A stretch of DNA of 63,998 nucleotides, counting the filler, from Streblomastix strix (Eukaryota): NCBI GenBank assembly GCA_008636045.1. It is 4 parts of 4 records of this genome, joined end to end, with 100 filler letters (N's around TTAATTAATTAA, not from the genome) between each part and the next. Parts side by side here need not be neighbours in the genome. Positions count along the whole stretch, not along the records: positions 48,242 to 63,998 come from SNRW01000939.1; 3 more parts are not named here. The stretch is one strand, 5' to 3'. The notes under the pieces were generated by a model. That model worked only from the letters and a program-made list of their open reading frames with translations, made no database searches and had not been told where the DNA came from. The position numbers were made by a program, and so were the translations under genes. The stretch's first letter is position 1. Each line of letters begins with the position of its first letter. This document shows positions 53,212 through 63,998 of this stretch, piece after piece.

Positions 53212-53423
53212 ATAATTATTCATATTTTATTGTCGAATTGCTTTTACTCATTTTTTTGTTGTCTTGTTGTTTGTAAGATAATAAATATCTTTGACTTCAA
53301 AATATATACCAACTTTTTTCTTGTATCTAACACCATATCAATTGAAAATACAATATCAACATCTTTTTAATTATAAAATAAAAAATTGAACTGAGAAACT
53401 ATTCATTTTTCGCGGAGCACAGG

Positions 53424-56400
53424 ATGAATCAGTCCCAAACAACCAGAAATTAACGGTCGCAATTCGGTGTTAATTGCAAATTATTGTATCTGGACGACAG
53501 CTCGAATCTTTCAGAGCAGTAAAATGCTGTCGAACTTAACATGCTGAGCACCGCGGCAGAGACATTGAATAAGGAGGATAGCACAGAATTTGCAAACAAC
53601 AAGGTCATATTTGCGCATCAATAATCAAGCAAGAAGCACATCCCAAAGCGCACGGAACATGGAAACAGCAAAATTGCTCACGAAAAATAATCCGCTGTTT
53701 GTTGCACTGACAGCTACTTGCAAACGTCGCGATCTTCGTGCATTGCATAAAGTTAATTCTAAAATAATATAATCAGGTTAATTCCTCCTGACATTCAACA
53801 TGTCATGAGATTGAAACTGAATTATTTAAAATTCTGTTCTTCGCGAGCCATCCACACAATTGCACCTTTTACATTTGATGTAGCAATCCAACTAGCTTGT
53901 CGTTCCGTTTCTTGCATTCATTTCAAGCGTAATTACTCTTCGCGCAAGAACAACATAAGTTTGCGCAACACTATCAATTCTTTGAACTTATCTTACCTTC
54001 CATCCCTAGCTAGCATCATACCCTATGAATCTTATGATAAATATACCAAGATTTAAGCTTATATAGTTCAAATGGAACACCACAACTAAGCATATACAAC
54101 ACACTTGAAGAGACTTGATTAAACTAATAATAATTATTGCAAAGCAAAGCATTCTACTGATAATTAGGAAATTCTATTAAGGGAATATTCTTCTGATGTA
54201 TTACAAAATCACTCCTTAGCCATATATAATTCACTGTAGTAGTAATAACCATTTTCATACCGAATTTCTTCCTTCAACATCAAAACTCACTTCACAAAGT
54301 AGATTAATAATCACAATATCAGAGAATAACTTCCAATTAATCAGTCAAGGCCTGAACTGTAGAACATATTCGCAAATTCAAGATAAGAGGTGTTGATTGC
54401 ATTCACACAAGATTTGATAGAAGATAATGATAATTTAACCTTTGATTAATCAGAAAATGATAAATAGAAAATTTCTCCAATAGTATTGAATAAAATAAAA
54501 ATAGATATTAATAGCAAATTCACTTCATAAATACTTCATAGCTATTAAATCAATTAATCATAAGGGAATTCAAACCCCTATAATAAGAATATAATTCCAA
54601 TCTATAACCATGATTCTGATTATAAAGAAAATAATGAATTATTTGAATAATAATCATTCAAAAACAGCATAAATAACAAAATAGAGATGAATTCTGCACT
54701 AAAATATTAGTAATAACAAATATTGATATATTCAGATAAGGATAATATAACAAGAGTTAAGACATAATCAGGAGAGGGAAATAATTATAAGAAAATAGAT
54801 TAAGAAGATGAATAAATTAATAATGAATGTAAAGAAGAATAATAATAAGCATTAATAATGAATGAATAATTTGAATCCTACCGAATTGAGCGTTTCCTGA
54901 CAATTTCTGGTATGGTAATATGACTAATATAAATATTTTATTATTTTAGAATGATATTTATGTTATTTATTATAAAATAATTGATATTTATCTGTAATTA
55001 ATAATTTTTATTATTTTTTAATTTTATCATTCATTCTAATTTAGGTTCATAGCATCTGGTGATAGACATCACATTCATATCTAATAACTTGATACACTTT
55101 GCGATGATTTCCAAACTACATAATTCTTGTTTGACTGTTCAAGATTGTGTTTTCAAACCAAATCAGTTCCATTTGTTCATAAACAAAGAAAAACTTCTTT
55201 CTGAAGATGTGATTAATTAATTTGTCAATGCTTATTCTTCACATATTATGAAGTCCACTTCACTCCATTTATAATCTTAGTATCAACGCCGAAATAGAGA
55301 ATCTGCAATAATCATTCTTCTTGAAGCTGATTAAGGAACACCATTCTCTGAATAACTTAAATTCATATGCAATCCAAATATCAAAGAACATTTGTCGTTT
55401 ATAACTTGTGATGATTCCACATTCCCAATAATTAACATACCATCACTTTCTTATCTTCACATTCCATCTATTCAGATTATTCCTGATAAACACACAATTG
55501 AAAATTTTGATGAATAAAAAGAATTAAAAATACATAAATAGAATAAATAAGAAATAATATATGGAAATGGAATTAATGAAGAAGAAAATGATTAACCTGA
55601 AATAAGGGAAATAAAGTAATTAAGTACAATTAAAAGTACAATTACAGAATATGAAATTGAATCGAAATTTGATCAATAATCTAAATTATAATTAATATTG
55701 AATTAGAAAATCACTCCTTATAAATAAGAAGTTAAGGATTTATCACCTTCTGGAAGAATTTGTAATAACTGTTCTTAAATCAGCACACTTGGTGGTATTC
55801 TTATGCTCATAATGTTGTTATTCATCTTAATAATATCTCATTCACATATACAAAATATACTTTTGTAATCATAATCCTCTGTTATTATACCTTAAAACAA
55901 AAGACATACTTCGATGAATAATAATAATAACAATTATAATAATGATTCAACAATACATTGCTTAATTCAGAATAATATCATTGACTAATATTTCAATCTA
56001 TAATATTAATCCCTCCAATTAATCCTAATCCCAATTCTTATATTTAGATTCATCTGTAATATGATTTCACATTCATTGATATTTTAATAATAATCAAAAC
56101 ATAAGTTAAAATCATCGAATAATATAAAGATTATTATTCCACTTATTCTTCTAATATTCATGAATTAACGAGGTTAGACTATAGTAACAGCTGAAACAAC
56201 TATTGTATAGAGAGAAGATTATATTGGATCTGACAGAATGAATAATAGTGTAAACACTGATACAAATGAATATTTAGTTAGGACTTGTACATTTACTAAT
56301 TGTCTTAGTGGAACTATTGATACTAGATTATCAAATGGAGAAAAAGCTTCAGTTACTAACTAGCACTTTACTGAATCTGCAAGAATAGATCAATCTCTGG

Positions 56401-59400
56401 TACTTCAAAGAAACAATCTAAATTTATAATTTAAATCTATACTTCAATTCTTCTGCTAACATGACTCTTTCTTATTCTCAATGTTTATTCTCATTGCCAT
56501 CAGAAGATTCATATACATATTCTGTTCCATTCTCACCAACACATTGAAATTCAGTAAATAAGGCTCAATCTAGAATCAATATTCAAAAAAGCTAAGTCAC
56601 ATTATAATAATCATTTTCACATTTCTGATATATCTAACTTTTAATAGTTAGTTTGATACATCTGCAGATATAGTTTAATTATATTAGGATTAACTTCTTA
56701 ACGGGGCTGGCCCAGATCCATTTAGTCTTACTGATTCATCAAATGAATATGAAATATTAAATTGCACATTCACCAATACATAAAAACAACCATATATGGA
56801 TGCGGTTTTATGAATTAACTAGTTAAGCTAAACAAAACTGTCAATATACAATTGCTCATTTAGTCAAAGCATATGTTATTTGGATGGTGGATCAATTTAT
56901 GTCTAAGTGACTTTAGGAGGAAATCTTATCATAGAAGATTGTAATTTCACAGACTGTTAAGCTTACTCGAACGGCGGTGCTGCATATATTTCAACTTCAG
57001 GTACAAATTCAAAGACAACAATTATAAATTCGATATTTAAAAACTGTACTTCGTAATATGTTGGTGGAGGATTTCACCTTGGTCTTTCAAATGGTGGTAA
57101 TATTCAATTAGATAGATGTGAATTTTTTAATTGCACAAGCAATCATGGTGTTGGAGGAGGAATTTATCTTATTATTACCTTCAACAATTAAATTACCTTT
57201 GAAATAATAGACACATATTTCCATGATTGTAAATCAACAGAATCAAGTTCAAATTTTGCTGGATATGGAGCTGGAATATTTCTTATAGGTGATGGAGATT
57301 ATACCCCTGCATTACACTATATTGATTTGCGTGGAATGAAGTTTTATAATAACAAAGCTGATCGGAATGGGCATACTTTGTATATAGTAACATCAAAAGT
57401 GATTGATTTGTGCAGATATGGAATTTAAGGTGAATATATAAAAGGAAATTACAGTGATGGGATTTCGGACTAGAATGAATTAATGGGAATACCAAGAACA
57501 CCTAACCAATTTTATAATCTTAACATCAATCAAATTCAATCATTACAAAAGCCACTTGAGAATTGGTGGTATTAACCCAAAGGATTAATCTGGCATCTTC
57601 TTAACCGAAACGAAGGAACAATTCAAGGAATAGATTATCCAACATGTGCAGAATTTGACCATCCATGTTTAACAATTGAATATACAATTAGAGCTATCTC
57701 TTTTATGAAAAGTGAATCTGACTATGACGCTTTTATTGATGAAAAGCGGCTTGGAATTTGCGAAGCTGGATTTGATTTGACAGCTCCATATTAATTCAGC
57801 AAAACAGGTAGTCATACAAATATAATTAAGATAATGAAATAATTATATGGAACAGATTAAGAGATGTCAGGATAAGCAGAAATTAAAATTATTAAGGGAA
57901 GTGACGAATCAACTATAGAGAATGGAAATCAAGGATGGATATCAGCAGTTGATGGATTAGAACTGGGAATATTTGGAATCAGAATCATAAGTGATAAATC
58001 CAAACTTACAATTCCAATCATTTATATTCAAGATCAATCTTCAATACTTTAATTAAATACAATAACCATCTTTGATATTAATCTTACTCCTTCAGCATCA
58101 TCAAAAGGAATTGTTCATATTGAAGTTTTCAACTCATTATTTCTTGCCTCTAATAGCTTATTTGAAAAGATTAATATTGAAGGATCAGGAGGAAATGTAA
58201 TTCGAATGATTAGCACTTATAATAAAGCTATAACAGCAACGATAACCTCTTGCAAATTCATAGATATCACTGCATATAAGGATTCCGAATCTCGTGGTGG
58301 GGCAGCTATCTGTGCCAGATTAGAATAAAACAGCCAATTAGAGATCAATGGTGAAACAGAATTCAATTCATGTTAAATGAAAACTGAAGGATTTGGCGGA
58401 GCATTTTGTGCATAAATGATTTATGGTGGATTAATGATTATTGATGGTGAATGCTCTTTCATTAAGTGCACTACAATAGTTGGAGCACTTAGCCATGGAG
58501 GAGGTCTTTATGTTGATCTTCAAGGTGAGTATTCATATGTTTAATTGAATGGTAATATTACGTTTGATAGTTGTGAAAGCACTGGATCAGGAGGAGGATT
58601 ATATGCTTCTATATACATTGGTTAATCATTAATAATATCTGAAACATGCTAATTCACGAAATGTAAGTCAGAAAAATCAGGCGGAGGAATGTTTGCATAT
58701 TAAAGTGGGATGGATTGCTTAGTAGAAATTTCAGGAGAAGTTTCATTTAATGAATGTTCTGCATTAATTAGAGGTGGAGGTATATATTTTGAATCATATA
58801 ATGATCCATCAATAGTTATAAGCAAGGTAGTATGTTAGAGATGCTCAGCATCATTAGGCGGTGGAATATTTATTTTTATTTCCTTTAGTTCTAGTAATGT
58901 AATTGAGATCAATGATGCAAGTTTCGAAGAATGCAAAGCTATAGAAGATAAAATGAATGATATCCCGCCAAGTGGATATGGGGGAGGAATCTTTGTTGGC
59001 AGTTAAACTAGTGTTACTTCTTATACTAAATATCTTGATCTGCAACATATGAAAATGAATGGAAATACAGCTGATAGAGGAGGTTAAAGTATGTATGTTA
59101 CAACTACTTTTGTTATTGATTGGTGTCGTAAAGGATATGCAGGATAATATGTAAAAGGCGATTATATCGAAGGAACTTCTAATTAAAATGAATTATAAGG
59201 AATTCCAATTAATTTGATGTCATTCTAATCTCTGACAACAGAATCAATATAGCAACAACAGAAACCACTTGAATACTATTGGGATTATCCATTAGGATAA
59301 ATCTGGCATATTCTGAATAAAGATTTTGAATCACTAATAGGAAGTGATTAAACTGGATGTGCTGAGTTTGAATATCCTTGTCTTACAATTGCATATGCAA

Positions 59401-62400
59401 TATAACAAATATCTATTGAAAAAGGAAGTTCTGCTGATGCTATTATTCCAGAAAAGAGAATTGGAATACATTAAGGTGGATATGATTTAACAACTCCATA
59501 TTAATTCAGCAAAAGCAACAGTTATACTGATTGTGTAAAGATAATGAAATAATTATATGGAACCGCATCAGTCATGGAAGATCAAGCAGAATTGATGATT
59601 ATTAAAGGTAGTTCTGGATCAGCTGTAGAGAATGGTTATAAAGGATGGATATCAGCAATTGAAGGAATATAACTCAGAATATATGGCGTCAAGATTGTAA
59701 CAGACTTATTCAATCTATTGATTCCAATAATCTACATTGAAGGAGAAACCTCAGTGTTGGAATTAAACACAGTTACACTCACTGGAATCGATTATATTTC
59801 ACCATCTAATCCTGATGATCCCAACCCTGAAAGATTCATAAGAGGTTTGATTCATATTGATGTTGATGATTCTATATTCATTGCTTCTGGATGTCTATTC
59901 AAAGAAATCAATATCAATTCGGGAGGAAATGCAATTCGAATTCATAACTACGATTAAAAGAAAATAGTAGCAACAATATCAGAATGTGAATTCATTAATA
60001 TCAATGTGATTTGTGATGAAGAAGATTTGGGAGGAGCTGCAATATATGCAATTATTGGAGAGAATGGTGAATTAACAATTAAAGATTAGTGTGTGTTTGA
60101 TAAATGTTCAGTGAAGAATGGACTTGGTGGTGCTATATTTTCTAGAATAATTAACAGTGGAGATGCAGCATTTATTAATTCGTAGTTTGTAGGTTGTGAA
60201 GCTTTCAATGGCGGATGTATATATACAGAAATAAATAGTAATGGTATTCTTACAATAGATGGAGTTACATCATTCACTCGATGCATTGGCACTGTAGAAT
60301 AAGAACATTGCTTTGCTGGAGGGATATATGCTATATTAAATTCTGGTGGAATAATGAATATATTTGGATAATGTACATTCACTTAATGCACCGCTTCAGT
60401 ATCTGGTGCAATCTATGCTCGAATAAGTGATTCATCATTATTCTTAATTGATTGTATAAGCACTTTCACTAAATGTTATGCTTCCTCAAGTGCTGGTGGA
60501 ATATATGCATTGGTTTATGATGCAAATTCAAAATTCATTTTAAAAGGGTAATTAATATTTGATACTTGCACTGCAGACTTTCATGTTGGTGGAATGCTTA
60601 CATCAATAAATAATGGTGCTCAAATAGAGATATCTGCAAATATATTATTCAATAACTGTTCATGTTCTGCTCTGACAGCTGGAGGATTATAAATAGATAT
60701 ATCATAAACAACATCAAATATTCTATTAACTGGAGAATTAACATTTGAGAATTGTTCGTCACAAGTTTATGGAGGAGGTTTCCACTTCTCTGCCACAACG
60801 AGTGGATACATTGAATTAAATAAGATAATTTGCAAAAATTGCAGCTGTTCATAAGGAGGTGGAGGATTATATGCTTAAGTTCGATCAGGAGGAGAATTAG
60901 TTATTACTGGATCTTGTTTGTTCAAGAACTGTTCTAGTTCTGAAGGAAATGGTGCTGGATTGAATATGTTATGCACTGGAACAGAAAGCACAGTTAGAAT
61001 AAGCGGATTACTAACATTTGATTAATGCACTTCTTTTAATCAAGGAGGTGGGGCATATTTGTCTTCAGTTGATAACGGATTAATAGAAATCGATATGGCG
61101 ATATTCAAAGAATGCAATAGTTCATTAGGTGGAGGTTTGTATATGGACATCGATTTTACTGCAGAGAGCTACATTAAGATTATTGATTTTACTTTCCAAG
61201 ATTGCAAAGCGATAAAAAATGAATTAAAAACAACTCCAACAGGATATGGAGGAGGATTATTCCTTACTGGAAATGGTGATTATGATTTATCATCTGAGAA
61301 ACTAAACTTAAAAGGGATGAAAATATTTGGAAATAATGCAGATAAAGCTGGTTAGAGCATTTATGTTGCAATAACAAAAGTAAAAGAATGGTGTAAGTTA
61401 GGAACATTAGGAGAATTTGTGAAAGGGAATTATATTGATTGAACTTCTAATTAAAATGAACTTGAAGGAATACCATTATCGGGAGATTCTTTCATTGCTA
61501 AAACTACGCCAGAAATATAATAAAAATAAAAGACTCTTGAATACTATTGGACTTATCCACTTGGATAAATCTGGCATGTTTTGAATAAATATTTCGCATC
61601 AATAATAGGAAATAATTAAACAGAATGCGCAGCATTTGATAATCCTTGCTTTTAAATTGCATATGCACTTGAGTAAATATCTTATGAAAAAGGAGGAACA
61701 ATTACATCAGTTATTCCAGAGAAGAAGATTGGAATTCATTAAGGTGGATATGATATGACAGCTCCAATATAATTTAGTAAATCTAACAGTTATACTGATT
61801 GTGTAAAGATAATGAAATAATTATATGGAACAAGTTAGGTGATGTCAGGATTAGCAGAAATCAAGATAATTAAAGGAGGAGATGAACCAGCTTTAGAGAA
61901 TGGACATAAAGGATGGATATCAGCATCAGGAGGAATTGAACTGAAGTTTTACTTCATCAAATTCATCACAGATAAATCAAAACTGACCATTCCAATCATT
62001 TTAATTGAAGATGAAAATACGAAGCTTGAGCTTGACTCAGTTACTTTCTCTGATATTATTCTTTCTCCATCAAATGAACCGAAAGGAATTATTCATATTG
62101 AAGTTAATGACACTGAACTTATAATATCTGATTGTATATTCGAAGATATTACTATTGAAGGAGAAGGAGGAAGTGCAATTCGAATAGAGAATGATTAAGA
62201 AAACTCATTTGATGCAACAATTGAAGGAACATAATTCAACAATATCAATTCAACGGGAGATGAATCTGGATAAGGAGGATCTGCCATTTATGTTCAAATC
62301 AGAGAAGATTGTTCATTAGTAATTGATGATAGTTGTGAATTCAATGATTGTGTGATTGAATCTGGGAATGGAGGAGCTTTGTATGTTGATATTGATTATT

Positions 62401-63905
62401 CAAAGAATTTCTAATTCAAGATCAAAGATGCTACATTTCGTCATAACAGAGCTTTAAAACATAGTTCAAAAGATGTTCCACCATCTGGATATGGAGGAGT
62501 TATATTTCTGACTGGAACTGGAGATTATGATGTTGAATCAGAATAGATCGATTTAGGTGGAATGAAATCAGATTCAAATTCGGCAGATAATGGAGGAAAT
62601 AATATTTATATAGTAATGCCTTAATTAGAATAGTTTTGCTAGAAGGATAATGGAGCATTAATAAAAGGAGATTACGATGATAAAGAATCTGATTTAAATG
62701 ATGTTGAAGGAATTTCCACAGATGTTGCTTCATTCATTTCTCTTACTCCAGAATTAATTGAACAAGAATAAAAATCTCTCCAATATTATTGGGCTGTATT
62801 TGCAAGTCTGAAAACAGCCAAAGTTATGATCGACTTCAGAAATGTAGATGAACCATTCATATATTAACTTGTTGGAAATAATATGATTGCTGGAAGTTTG
62901 AATGTGAAAATTATTGAAATTAGTGATAAACCGTCAGAAGGGCAAATATTATAATAAAATCAATATAATAACAAATTATATCAACCGAAATCAAATAAAT
63001 GTAATAATTCACATCTTAATGAAGTAAATGAGTTTATTTGGCCTCCATTAGATGGAACATCAGATCCAATTGCTGTTGAAGATGTTCCTGATAGTGATCA
63101 AATAGCATCATTTTCAATGAAGGATAAATAAATCCTAAATTATAAATAGAAACAATATGGAGCATTAATATCTAATGATCGAAGATTCTTCACAGGGATT
63201 GATGGAATTGAAGGAAATGTTGTGTAACTTGAAGTAGAAGTTATATTTGATAGTGAAAAAGAAGAAGGAGAAGATCCAGGAAAAGAAACTGATTAAGAAC
63301 AAGAATAAATTATTGATGAATAATAACATTCAGATTCTCCAATAAAATCCAAGTTCCCTTGGTGGATAATCTTAGTGATTGTATTAATAGTTGTTGCTGT
63401 TATAATAACAATTGGAACTTGTTTGTTATGCTACTGCTGCATTTGGAAGAAAAAGAATAAAGAAAAAGATTTAGACGAAAGATTGAAATATGTTAAAGAT
63501 GATTTTGAGATAATCAAATAAACTCATAAAAATTACTTAACTTCAAATGCTGTCTTAGAAAGAATATTGAATGATACAAACTAAATGCAAAGATTTCGTG
63601 GCATTTTTAAAACATAACTTAATGAAGAGACAAATTTAAATGAATTATTGGCATCAACGTTTGTATCATCTTATGATTAATAATCCTCCTCTTCATCATC
63701 ATCATCATCATCTTCTTCTTCTTCTTCTCAATAAATTAAAGCAAAGTCAAAATATAAAGTTTCGATCTAATAATTCTAATTCCCACCAATTTCTGTATAA
63801 TCATCAACGAGTTCTTAAGCTTAATCTTCTTCTTAGTAATCGTAATTGATATAAAGTTCGTATTCAAGCTCTGAAGATAATAATAAAGACTAAAATAATA
63901 ATTGA
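53424..63905 (+). CDS. Giant surface protein with right-handed beta-helix (GGA[I/L]Y / FxxC) repeats and a C-terminal TM helix; in-frame TGA at 56811 and 61440
   Basis: One frame from ATG 53424 across a 135-nt intron (54910-55044). Many GG(A/G)(I/L)Y and F..C repeats; four YG(G/A)G..DL..M..N.AD blocks; TM FPWWIILVIVLIVVAVIITIGTCLLCYCCIW near 63355-63445. The 5' 3 kb may be a separate gene. Confidence 0.8.
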
Positions 63906-63998
63906 GAAAACTAATCTCGTTATAATAGATATGAAAAAGATCAAAATTTTTCTTATGAAAAGTATGATATTTGATCATATCTCAATGATTAATAACAT

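Overview
The window joins four unrelated ~16-kb fragments of an AT-rich, intron-containing eukaryotic genome with 100-bp artificial linkers (N-TTAATTAATTAA-N at 15987-16086, 32065-32164, 48142-48241). TAA/TAG are read as Gln (code 6), so the supplied ORF track is fragmented. Code, introns and gene families suggest an oxymonad such as Streblomastix strix (inference). Fragment 1 is housekeeping: UBA1 3' end, DBP4, ARP3, a ~2,100-codon TMEM94 homologue and an S9 peptidase. Fragment 2 holds the 3' half of a DIRS tyrosine-recombinase retrotransposon with its ICR, a kinase-ARM-E/Q gene, and part of a degraded Polinton-like endogenous virus (integrase, GG-motif protein, penton-like gene, start of pPolB). 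Fragment 3 holds an ARM-repeat gene, a TA-flanked MITE, an Hsp20 pseudogene and a second Polinton-like element (pPolB, HNH, integrase). Fragment 4 holds the 5' half of a second DIRS, a SPRY-like gene and a ~3,400-codon beta-helix surface protein. Three signals stand out. (1) In-frame TGA codons recur in otherwise intact host genes, often where Trp would fit, hinting that the last stop codon is also context-dependently sense. (2) A Polinton-like family carries a D-D-D integrase followed by a small GxxKKYF gene. (3) Two DIRS families share a terminal hairpin. All calls come from manual translation and remembered motifs; no searches were run.
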